From positions 85,848 to 149,847 of the forward strand of contig JBMZXF010000001.1 of assembly GCA_049627345.1 (NCBI GenBank): a stretch of 64,000 bases of DNA. Direction: 5' to 3'. Below the pieces are notes generated by a model, which saw only the letters and a list, made by a program, of their open reading frames with translations, was not told the DNA's origin and did not search any database. Positions 1 through 8,267 of the stretch are shown here, piece by piece; position 1 is the first letter of the stretch, and each line of letters begins with the position of its first letter. This DNA comes from Poseidonia sp. (GTDB lineage: Archaea > Thermoplasmatota > Poseidoniia > Poseidoniales > Poseidoniaceae). Both the position numbers and the translations under genes were made by a program.

Positions 1-1265
1 TCGCCCTCAAGGCGAAAAAGGACGAACAGGCGGTCTACCTCGAGGAAAACCAAGGGCTGGAGCAGGAACGTCAAGAGCTCACGGACCAGCGTGCCACCCT
101 CCGTGTTCGAAACGAAGAACGCCTCAATCAAGCCCAGAATCACCGACGCTTGGCCGAAGAATTGTTGCGAACCATCAGCGACAAGGAGGCCGAGGTTCAA
201 CTCATGGCACAGGAGCTCATCGATGCGAACCTCTCGCTCAACGACCTTCCTGAGGGACTCAAAAACGTCGGCGAGTTGGAGCGGGATCTCCGCAACCTCC
301 AGCGCCGCATGGAAGGCTTTGGCAACGTCAACATGATGGCGATTGAGCAGTACGATGAATGCCAAGCCCGTCTCGACCTGATGAAGGACGAATTCGCGAC
401 GCTGCAGGCTCGCCGCAAGCACCTCATCGAGGTCACCGAGCAGTTGGAAACGCAGCGAAAAGAGCGATTGATTGCCGTGCTGGTAAAGGTCAACGAGAAT
501 TTCAAAGTCTCCTACCACCAACTCTCGGACGGCGGTCGTGGAGAACTGTTCCTCGAGAATCCCGAAGAGCCGTTCAAGGGCGGTTTGGAACTCTGGGCAC
601 AACCACGTGGTAAGTCGTCCAAGGTCAGTCGCCAACAACTCTCTGGTGGAGAGCAGTCGATGGCTGCACTGGCGCTCATCTTCGCGATTCAAGATTACGA
701 TCCAAGTCCGTTTTACTACTTCGACGAGGTCGACCAAAACCTCGACGCCTACAATGCAGAGCGGATTGCCAAGATGTGCCGGGAACGCAGCAAGCGAGCT
801 CAATTCATCATGGTCACTCTTCGCAAAGTTTCCCTCAAACTCGCCGACCACCACATCGGCATCACCCACGGAGGAGATGGATGCAGTCGCCGCATCCTCG
901 ACTTTGACCGTGAGCGAGCCATTGCGCTGGGTGAAGCGGCCCTCAAAGAGGCCCAGAAGGATGCCGACAAGAACGAGAGTCGCATCATGGATGCCGTGGC
1001 CGCCGCCCAGGACATGCCCGAGGTTCCCGACCCCCTCGCCGTACCTCGCAGCCTGGGTGGCTTGTTGAATCACATGCACGAGGAGGCCTCACCTTCCCCT
1101 GACGCCGAGGTATCCCTCGGTGGCTTGATGGAGCGCACGAGCGAATTGACCGAGGACATCAACGAACGGTCAGAGGTCGCTACGCAGGTGGCTGAAGCCG
1201 AACAACGTGAGGCTTCCGAGGCATCGGCCGAGGGCGAACCCTTGGTGGAATCGGACGAACAGTGA
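1..1265 (+). CDS. smc: SMC chromosome segregation ATPase, C-terminal part (5' end outside the window)
   Basis: The frame is open from position 3. It has a coiled-coil-like Glu/Leu/Arg-rich segment, then the ABC signature LSGGEQS and Walker B FYYFDEVD. scpA and scpB follow. Confidence 0.9.
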   Translation, partial: ALKAKKDEQAVYLEENQGLEQERQELTDQRATLRVRNEERLNQAQNHRRLAEELLRTISDKEAEVQLMAQELIDANLSLNDLPEGLKNVGELERDLRNLQRRMEGFGNVNMMAIEQYDECQARLDLMKDEFATLQARRKHLIEVTEQLETQRKERLIAVLVKVNENFKVSYHQLSDGGRGELFLENPEEPFKGGLELWAQPRGKSSKVSRQQLSGGEQSMAALALIFAIQDYDPSPFYYFDEVDQNLDAYNAERIAKMCRERSKRAQFIMVTLRKVSLKLADHHIGITHGGDGCSRRILDFDRERAIALGEAALKEAQKDADKNESRIMDAVAAAQDMPEVPDPLAVPRSLGGLLNHMHEEASPSPDAEVSLGGLMERTSELTEDINERSEVATQVAEAEQREASEASAEGEPLVESDEQ

Positions 1266-1274
1266 GGTGGAGTC

Positions 1275-2486
1275 GTGGCAGAAGAACAGAGCATGCTGGA
1301 CCGATGGTTCCTCCAACAGGAGGTCATCGACCAACTTCTCGGTCAAGGTGAGGATCGAGAAGATGCTGAGCAGTTCGGCCAACGAATCGCTGCCATCGCT
1401 GCGACCGAGGAAGCCGAACACCAAAGCCTGCACGACCCGTTTGACCGCTCGGTTGCGCTGGTGCTCTCGTTGGTGCGTGAGGAAGCCTTCAATCCGTGGG
1501 ACGTTGACCTCTCGGCCTTCCTGACGGTGTTTGCTCAACGCGTCAAGGACGGTGAAAACCTCGACCTGCCGGCCTGCGGCCGCCTGATTCGTCTGTCTTG
1601 GGAAGTGTTGCATCACCAATCCGCCGTTCTCTTTGAGAAAATCCAGCCCGTTGAGGAAGAGGTTTGGGACGACGACCATGGCTTTGGTTGGGAGAGCGAA
1701 TACGACGATGAAGCCTTTTTCTTCACGCAATCCGTTCTTGACGGCAACGCCGATGACCTGCTGACCAACCTGTTCGACGAGCGGGTCCGCCGTGATGAAG
1801 GTCGGCCGGTGACGCTGGCGGAATTGTTGTCGGCGTTCAAGGATGCAGCGGACGATGCAGAAGCGCTCAAGCAGCGTGAAATCAATCGTCTTGAGCATGA
1901 ACGGGAACTCAGTGAATACCTCCAAGACGTCGGTGGACGAATGCACAACGAAGACCTCGAAGGCGATATTGAACGATGCTGGACAGCGCTGAAAGCCACG
2001 TGTGAAGCCGCTGCCTCCCCCGTTGTACCGCTGGTTGATGTCATGGCCAGGCTCAAGCCGTTGCTCGTTTCCACCTTCGGTGCATCGCTCGAGGACCCTG
2101 AAAGCGAGGCGTTCGTCGCTTCGTTCATCGCTGGTTTGTTCCTCACTCATCGGCGAATGGCCAGCATCACTCAGGAAGGTGAGGCCGTGGCCAACATCAT
2201 GATCGAGGACCTCTGGCCTGATTTGACGTCCTTTTCCGATGTTCTCGAAGCGGTTGAGGCCTTGATGGCTGAAGATGCGGTCGAGCTCGACGGGCAAACC
2301 ACGGGTTCTGAACATCGAATGGAGGCCATCGCCGAACGTGCACGGCTGGCCGAGGAGCGCGAGGCACGACGGCAGGCCAAGTTGGAGGCCAAGGCTGCAA
2401 AGGAAGCCGAACACCAATTGGCGGATGCAACGGTTGAGGCTGAATCGGCGGAAGCCTTCGAAGAGCATGATTGGTTGGTGGAGTGA
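1275..2486 (+). CDS. scpA: Segregation and condensation protein A (kleisin ScpA) with a long charged C-terminal extension
   Basis: N-terminal FDRSVALVLSLVREEAFNPWDVDLSAFL resembles the ScpA N-terminal motif. It lies between smc and scpB. GAGGTGG precedes the GTG at 1275; an alternative ATG is at 1293. Confidence 0.7.
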   Translation: MAEEQSMLDRWFLQQEVIDQLLGQGEDREDAEQFGQRIAAIAATEEAEHQSLHDPFDRSVALVLSLVREEAFNPWDVDLSAFLTVFAQRVKDGENLDLPACGRLIRLSWEVLHHQSAVLFEKIQPVEEEVWDDDHGFGWESEYDDEAFFFTQSVLDGNADDLLTNLFDERVRRDEGRPVTLAELLSAFKDAADDAEALKQREINRLEHERELSEYLQDVGGRMHNEDLEGDIERCWTALKATCEAAASPVVPLVDVMARLKPLLVSTFGASLEDPESEAFVASFIAGLFLTHRRMASITQEGEAVANIMIEDLWPDLTSFSDVLEAVEALMAEDAVELDGQTTGSEHRMEAIAERARLAEEREARRQAKLEAKAAKEAEHQLADATVEAESAEAFEEHDWLVE

Positions 2487-2495
2487 GGGAGAGAC

Positions 2496-3107
2496 ATGGC
2501 CGAATTACCGTTGGAATCCCTGATTGAAGCGACCCTGTTCAGTTCAGGGAAATCCATGTCCGTCGAGGAATTGTCCAAGGTCTTGGGCTACGATGAAGAC
2601 GAGATGCTCGACTGCCTCGGTTCCCTGCAGGCCACCCTCAAGCGACGCAAAGGTGGCGCCCTTCAACTGGCGGAGGTCGGCGACCGTTGGGCCCTTGAGG
2701 TCAAGCCCGCCATTGCCTCGCATTTGCCTCGGGAGACGAAGACCGACATGCCGCCCAAGTTGCTCAAAGCGGCGGCGCTGATCGCCTACCATCAGCCCAT
2801 GCCGCAATCTCGACTGGTGGAACTCCTCGGTCAGAAGGCCTACGATTACGTTCGAGAACTCGCACAACACGGCATGATCGATCGTCGAAAAGACGGCAAT
2901 ACTCGACGCTTGGCAACCACGCGTCGATTTTCAGAGGCCTTTGGATGCCCGCACACGGACCGAAAAAAGGTCAAGGCGTGGTTCAGGGAGCAGGTTCAGT
3001 CCAGCGGTCTGTTGGATGAATTGGGCGACAGCAAGGAAATTTTGAGGGAAGAATCCGATGAAGACGGGATGGTCCAGTCTTCACTCCCCGTCGTCGAGGA
3101 GGAGTGA
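2496..3107 (+). CDS. scpB: Segregation and condensation protein B (ScpB)
   Basis: LIEATLFSSGKSMSVEELSKVLG is the typical ScpB winged-helix N-terminus. The gene is directly downstream of scpA. Confidence 0.85.
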   Translation: MAELPLESLIEATLFSSGKSMSVEELSKVLGYDEDEMLDCLGSLQATLKRRKGGALQLAEVGDRWALEVKPAIASHLPRETKTDMPPKLLKAAALIAYHQPMPQSRLVELLGQKAYDYVRELAQHGMIDRRKDGNTRRLATTRRFSEAFGCPHTDRKKVKAWFREQVQSSGLLDELGDSKEILREESDEDGMVQSSLPVVEEE

Positions 3108-3109
3108 GT

Positions 3110-4408
3110 TCACTCGCCTCTGAGCTCCTTGAGCCACGATTCAACCAAGGTTTGCGTGCGGTGTCCTTCATGGGCTTGGAGTCGAGCAGCCAACAGTTCC
3201 ACCTCTTCGCCCTCTGCTCCAGCGCTCACGGCCATGTTCTTGGCGTGGAGTTTCATGTGACCGGCTTGGATGCCCTTGGTTGAAAGGGCACGAAGGGCGC
3301 CTAAATTCTGGGCCAAACCAGCGCACAGGATGATGCCAGCCAATTCTTGAGCCGTTTCGACACCCAGTATGGCGAGGTTGGCTTGAGCGGCGGGGTGGAC
3401 TTTCGAGGCACCGCCGACGATACCAACGGCCATCGGGAGGTCCATGCTTCCGACCAGGTTGCCTTCGCTGTCCTGTGCCCAGTCCGACATGGACGTGTAG
3501 CGGCCGTCGGCCATGGTCGTCCAAGCATGGCAGCCCGCTTCAATCGCCCGCCAATCTTGACCGCAGGCGAGCGCTACGCTGCTGATGGCGTTCATCACGC
3601 CTTTGTTGTGCGTCGTGGCCCGAAACGGGTCCTCCACAGCAAAGGCGTGGGCCTCAAGAATGCCTTGGATGACGGCCAAGCCGTCCTCTCGTGTCCCGTC
3701 GGAGGCCATTTCCTCAGGGCTGAACACCGCTCGTACTCGAGCCAGCCGGTGGCCTGCAAGGTTGGAGAGGATGCGGAGGTGAGCACGACCGCCGGTCAAT
3801 GCCTCCAAGCGAGGTGCTACGCGTTCTGCCATGGTGTTCACGGCATTGGCGCCCATAGCGTCCCTGCAATCGACCAGCAAGTGGACGATGAGCATCTCGC
3901 CCATGGGGGTCGGTAAACGCCTGATTTCGATGTTTTTGCAGCCTCCACCCATGGCGATCATCCGGGAGGGGATGTCGTTGCAGAACGCCATCAATTCGGC
4001 TTTGGCGCCCTCTATGTGAGCGGTTGCTTGCTCGATATCCTCGACGTCGAGAAGTTGAATTTGGCCGATCATCACGGGCGCATCGTTGTTGGTGGTGAAT
4101 CCTCCGTGACTCAGGCAACGCTTGGCCATGTTTGAAGCGGCAGCGACCACGCTGGACTCCTCTAAGCAGAACGGAATGAGGTAATGGGAGCCATCAATGA
4201 CGAAGTTTGTGGCAACGCCAACCGGGAGCGACATGGTGCCGATGACGTTCTCAATCATGCGATCGGCTGCGGTTTCATCCAATTCGCCATGGGCGGCCAA
4301 GGCGGCAACGTGAGCATCCGAGAGCTTGGCGGCTTCTGCCACCAAGGAGCGGCGTTCTTCAACGCTGAGTTTGTACAATCCCTTGACTCGACTGTTCTCA
4401 ACCGGCAT
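3110..4408 (-). CDS. hmgA: Hydroxymethylglutaryl-CoA reductase, class II
   Basis: 432 aa. It has ENVIGTMSLPVGVATNFVIDG and EESSVVAAASNMAK motifs typical of class II (NAD(P)H) HMGR. A GGGAG Shine-Dalgarno precedes the ATG. Confidence 0.9.
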   Translation of the reverse strand: MPVENSRVKGLYKLSVEERRSLVAEAAKLSDAHVAALAAHGELDETAADRMIENVIGTMSLPVGVATNFVIDGSHYLIPFCLEESSVVAAASNMAKRCLSHGGFTTNNDAPVMIGQIQLLDVEDIEQATAHIEGAKAELMAFCNDIPSRMIAMGGGCKNIEIRRLPTPMGEMLIVHLLVDCRDAMGANAVNTMAERVAPRLEALTGGRAHLRILSNLAGHRLARVRAVFSPEEMASDGTREDGLAVIQGILEAHAFAVEDPFRATTHNKGVMNAISSVALACGQDWRAIEAGCHAWTTMADGRYTSMSDWAQDSEGNLVGSMDLPMAVGIVGGASKVHPAAQANLAILGVETAQELAGIILCAGLAQNLGALRALSTKGIQAGHMKLHAKNMAVSAGAEGEEVELLAARLQAHEGHRTQTLVESWLKELRGE

Positions 4409-4481
4409 GTCGCTCCCGTTGGTGGGTAGGGCCTACGTTCCTTGAATCAATCGCTGAGTGGTCCTCGCTCAAACGCCTCTG

Positions 4482-4584
4482 CTAACGCGATTAACACATT
4501 TACTAACGCGTTAACCATGCGTTAATTGGGCGTTAATCCCACGAGTTTTTCCTCTCCGGTGGAACGATTAACATGTTCTAACGC
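4482..4584. promoter_or_regulatory. Phased array of GCGTTAA / CTAACGCG(A)TTAAC motifs in the divergent intergenic region
   Basis: CTAACGCGATTAAC at 4482; CTAACGCGTTAAC at 4503. GCGTTAA(C/T) occurs at 4508, 4519 and 4530, exactly 11 bp apart. AACGATTAAC is at 4563 and CTAACGC at 4578. TAACGCGTTA is self-complementary. Confidence 0.5.
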
Positions 4585-4642
4585 TATCGCGGGGCTGCGT
4601 GCTCCGCTGAAACATCATATACTTGGAAGAGGTTGCTCGGCC

Positions 4643-6529
4643 ATGGCTCGAGAGACCCATGCGTACGGCTTACCATGCTTGGAGGAAAACCCGTTTTCCA
4701 TCCGTCCTCTCGAACCTGGCGAGTCGGGCAAACTGATCGGACGGGCCGACCTCTTCACTCGCCTCCAGAATTTCTTGCGCTTCCGCTCTGCTCGTCGCGT
4801 GATGCTTCTGGGTCCGTTGGGTTCAGGGCGGACGTCGCTCGTGAGTTGCTTGAAAACCTACGCTGCTGCCGTAGCGACCATCGACCACCTCCCTGCGCAT
4901 TCCCCGGCGACGTCGCTGCTGAGCATGTGCTATCGTCAAATGATTGGGGGGGAGCCGCCGGTCAATCGAACCGAGCTGGTCACCGAACTGGTCAATGAGA
5001 TGTATTCCTACAACGACAAATTGCCGATGATCGTCATTGACGTGCCGGCCAGCGATCTTTCGGTGTTGGAAGTCGCCCTCCGGGATGCACATTCATCCCT
5101 TGAGCGGCTCAACGCCTTGCTTGTGTTGGTTTGCGATGTAAAGGAGCGCCACCACCTTCCAAACGCCGTGGTTGACGGATTTGAATTGTTTCGACTTCCT
5201 CCATTCACGGCCAACGATGTGATGGCGCTGGTGCAACAACGTCTTGCCTCCGTCGGTGTTGTGGACAGTTCGTTCACCATGCAAGACGCTGCGGCCATTC
5301 TCGACGAGTGCGATGGGTATCCAGCGTCCGTCATCACCATCCTTCGCGATGCTGTGGACAGCATTCGCATGCGCCAGTCAAACGGAGCACTTGAGCCGTT
5401 CCTGGATACCTCGGCGAGGATTCAACCTCGGGATGAACCCGAACGCCTCCACCGCCTGATGGGCAACGATGAGGCGACGGCCAGGAGCCATGAAACGGCG
5501 ACGTACGGTGCGTCGATGGACGACGATGGTTCTTCTGACATCACGGAGGGGCGGACGAGCGGTGAACCTCTCGTTGATGCAGAGGCTGGTACGGCCTCCT
5601 CTGCAGTGATTGATGCTTCCATGCCGTGGAATCAACGCCCACCGCTGTCCAGCGGCCCAGAGGCTGGTGTCCCGGACCATGTCCCTCCGGCGCTGGCGGG
5701 CTTTGAGTTGGACATGGACCGGTTGAAGGAAGAACAGGAAAAGGACGAACCGCTGCAAGCCAACCCGTTCAATCCTCCCATCATCGATGCAGACCAAGCA
5801 CTGGGAGGTCGGGTGCCGGTTCACGGGATGTTCAAGGGGTTGGCGAACCGCAACAAGGACGCCAACACGGCCACGAAATCCGGAGAAGAGGAGGAAGAAC
5901 CTCATTCGCAAGAACTCATTGCTCAATCCATGGAGTTTGAGTACTGGGTGGCTGAAGATCTTCTCCCTCCCACGCCGCCTGAGGACATCCCTGAGGAGGA
6001 ATCAGCCATGCTCCTCCACGACGAAACCGGGATGTTGGATGAGGTTGATCTTGCGCCGTCAGCGGTTGGTTTCGATGAGCCTTCGGTCCACTCGATGATG
6101 CCTGCTGAGTCCGAGCCGCTGACGAATCAAGCGGTGCTGTCGGCGCTCGCTGAACTGTTAAGCACAGGCTCACCAACCTCCAAGGCTCACCATGAGGGTC
6201 TTCTGGCCTTCCTCCAAAGCCGAATTCGAGAGCAGACAGGGCCCAACGAGTCCTATGCCCTCAACAAACACCTTCTGGGTTCCTTGAGTGCGAATGAAAG
6301 CTACGTTGTGGCGCTGGCCCACGAGCGTGCCTACTCGCCCTCGGACGAGCACATGCTGGCGCACATGAACATTAAACGAGCTCGTCTTTCCCAAATCAGC
6401 AACCGTCTGCTCAAGCACGGTATTTTGCAGGCACGGCAGGTTGGGCGCTCACGCAAGTATTCGCTTACACAAGCGGCGAGGGCACAACTCACGGCATGGG
6501 GTGCCATCAGCGGAGGTGAGGCTCAGTGA
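4643..6529 (+). CDS. Atypical P-loop ATPase (archaeal ATPase / Orc-Cdc6-like layout) with an acidic disordered linker and a C-terminal winged-helix DNA-binding domain
   Basis: NPF...LIGRADL lead-in, then a Walker A-like LLGPLGSGRTSLV (Arg in place of Lys) and a Walker B-like PMIVIDV. A low-complexity Asp/Glu/Pro-rich linker of about 270 aa follows. The C-terminal LSQISNRLLKHGILQARQVGRSRKYSLT looks like a wHTH. I place the start at ATG 4643; the track start at 4526 lies inside the motif array. Confidence 0.6.
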   Translation: MARETHAYGLPCLEENPFSIRPLEPGESGKLIGRADLFTRLQNFLRFRSARRVMLLGPLGSGRTSLVSCLKTYAAAVATIDHLPAHSPATSLLSMCYRQMIGGEPPVNRTELVTELVNEMYSYNDKLPMIVIDVPASDLSVLEVALRDAHSSLERLNALLVLVCDVKERHHLPNAVVDGFELFRLPPFTANDVMALVQQRLASVGVVDSSFTMQDAAAILDECDGYPASVITILRDAVDSIRMRQSNGALEPFLDTSARIQPRDEPERLHRLMGNDEATARSHETATYGASMDDDGSSDITEGRTSGEPLVDAEAGTASSAVIDASMPWNQRPPLSSGPEAGVPDHVPPALAGFELDMDRLKEEQEKDEPLQANPFNPPIIDADQALGGRVPVHGMFKGLANRNKDANTATKSGEEEEEPHSQELIAQSMEFEYWVAEDLLPPTPPEDIPEEESAMLLHDETGMLDEVDLAPSAVGFDEPSVHSMMPAESEPLTNQAVLSALAELLSTGSPTSKAHHEGLLAFLQSRIREQTGPNESYALNKHLLGSLSANESYVVALAHERAYSPSDEHMLAHMNIKRARLSQISNRLLKHGILQARQVGRSRKYSLTQAARAQLTAWGAISGGEAQ

Positions 6530-7578
6530 CGTGGAACATTGCATGGTCTTGGCAAGCCCCCGAGCGCGTGGCTACCATTGCAGCCGTGGAGGGCGGGGTG
6601 TTGGTGAGCTCAGGCCTTCAACTCGAAATGCTGGAAGCCGACGGGCGTCCCCGATGGTCCATCGACGTCCCGTTCAAGGTTCATGCCGCCAAAGCCACAC
6701 AGGGTGCCGTAGGCCTCCTGGCCGCCCACGGCTTTTACCTGGTCAACACCAACGATGGTTCAATGGTGAACGAGGGCCGAAGCGCCCCGGGTGGTTTCAG
6801 TGATTTGGCTCCTCGACCAGGCGGAGGCTGGGCGCTTGCAGGTCGCCGGGGGGAGATTCACCTCTTCTCACAGCAGGGCCGTGGTATCCGCCGGGTTGAC
6901 AGTGGCCCCGTCCGCCGGTTGGTGGGTTGGTTGGACCGAGAGCACCTGATCTGGCAGGATCCCGATGGCCACCTGTGGTGCGGACGATTGACGGGTGATG
7001 ACCGCAAACGAAAGCTGGAGGACCGTTCGTGGAGTTGGTGTTCCACCCTTGCAGAGGGTCGACTGTTGTTGCAAAGCAGCGATGGTGGATTGTGGGAGGG
7101 CGTCCCTCATCCCTTTGGTTGGGACATGCTCAACCGGTTGGAATACGACAGTCTCGAGCCCATGGGCGCCGTACGAAGCGGCGATGGCTGGTGGGTGCTC
7201 GGCATTGAAGGTCATCTCATCTCCATGACCGAAGGACCAAGCCAAGATGAGGACGAGGTTCCACTCACCGAAGGCATGAACCTCGGCGACCTGCTGGTGC
7301 TGTGCACGCCCGACGCCATGGTCACGGCGACTCGAGAAGGACTTCTACGACGATGGACTGCTCCACATCTCGCCGATGCAGAGAGGGAAGGCCGCTACAA
7401 AGCCGCAGCACAAGCGGCCATGGCGCGAAATTGGGAGGAACGACGTCAGATGTTTGTGCGTGCCCAGGAAGCCGAAGATCTCGGAAAATTGTCCTTGGCC
7501 ATTGAACTCTACGAAGCACTGGGCCGCACGGAAGATGCACGACGCTTGTTGAAGCGGCAAAAGGAGGGCGGCGAATGA
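6526..7578 (+). CDS. Beta-propeller (PQQ/WD-like repeat) protein with a C-terminal helical TPR-like tail
   Basis: About 6-7 repeats of hydrophobic-x-DG-x-W type (LEADGRPRW, NTNDGSMV, WQDPDGHLW, LQSSDGGLW and others). The GTG start overlaps the upstream stop (GTGA) and is preceded by GGTGAGG. Confidence 0.5.
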   Translation: MTWNIAWSWQAPERVATIAAVEGGVLVSSGLQLEMLEADGRPRWSIDVPFKVHAAKATQGAVGLLAAHGFYLVNTNDGSMVNEGRSAPGGFSDLAPRPGGGWALAGRRGEIHLFSQQGRGIRRVDSGPVRRLVGWLDREHLIWQDPDGHLWCGRLTGDDRKRKLEDRSWSWCSTLAEGRLLLQSSDGGLWEGVPHPFGWDMLNRLEYDSLEPMGAVRSGDGWWVLGIEGHLISMTEGPSQDEDEVPLTEGMNLGDLLVLCTPDAMVTATREGLLRRWTAPHLADAEREGRYKAAAQAAMARNWEERRQMFVRAQEAEDLGKLSLAIELYEALGRTEDARRLLKRQKEGGE

Positions 7579-7874
7579 GCGACGACTTGACCTCGCTCAC
7601 GGTTGAGCGCGTTGAATCCTACCTTGACATCACGCGACGGGCACGTGCGAAAGCCACGCCGCTGGTGGAAGCTCCTTCCGAAGAGGAAGCCCATCTCGCC
7701 GTGATGCTTCGGATGGCTGACGACTATGCTTCCGACGCACAACATTTTCTCAAGACCGGCGACCTTGTTCGCGCCTTTGGTGCCATCAACTACGCACATG
7801 CCTGGATCGATGCCGGCGTGAAAATAGGTTGGCTTGACGGGCACGGGGACGACGTGTTGTTCACCTTGCCGTAA
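7575..7874 (+). CDS. Small conserved archaeal protein, DUF357-like
   Basis: 99 aa. DYASDAQHFLKTGDLVRAFGAINYAHAWIDAGVKIGWL resembles my recollection of DUF357. There is an ATGA overlap with the upstream gene and a GGAGGG Shine-Dalgarno. Confidence 0.4.
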   Translation: MSDDLTSLTVERVESYLDITRRARAKATPLVEAPSEEEAHLAVMLRMADDYASDAQHFLKTGDLVRAFGAINYAHAWIDAGVKIGWLDGHGDDVLFTLP

Positions 7875-7879
7875 TCGTT

Positions 7880-8257
7880 CTATAGCGATTCAACGAGGTG
7901 AAGGTGACTGTTCCCCCGGACCTCAATGACCGGTAGGTTGGCCTCGTAGAGCCGCCGTTTCAGGGCCGTGTCGACCGTGAGGGTGGCCCAGTTGTGCTCC
8001 AAGGCGCACGCCAAGAGAACATCATCGGTGTGGCCGTTTGGTTGCCCTTCCAACCGGTTGGCTCGGGACCGCAGCAGGCTTAGCAGCAGGGATTTCTTCT
8101 TTGGACGGCCGCGTTCAAGGCGTTCGAGTTCGGCCTCTACATGCGGCAGCAGCACCCACGAGCATGGACCAAGCAGGGCTTCGAGGTCGCGTTCAACGTT
8201 CAATCCTGCCTCCATGCAGGCCACCCATCCGCACGCATCGATGAGCACGTGCTGCAT
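7880..8257 (-). CDS. PIN-domain protein (Fcf1/VapC-like) co-transcribed with eIF2-gamma
   Basis: 125 aa. It has acidic residues at positions expected for a PIN fold (N-terminal LIDACG, central EAELE, C-terminal TDD...TVD). It starts 10 nt after the eIF2-gamma stop. Confidence 0.55.
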   Translation of the reverse strand: MQHVLIDACGWVACMEAGLNVERDLEALLGPCSWVLLPHVEAELERLERGRPKKKSLLLSLLRSRANRLEGQPNGHTDDVLLACALEHNWATLTVDTALKRRLYEANLPVIEVRGNSHLHLVESL

Positions 8258-8267
8258 GGCTTCCGCC

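Noticed and set aside
1170-2468. 432-aa ORF antisense to scpA
   Set aside because: It mirrors a well-supported plus-strand gene. Its composition is Arg/Leu/Gly/Phe-skewed with no motifs, as expected for open antisense frames in GC-rich coding DNA.
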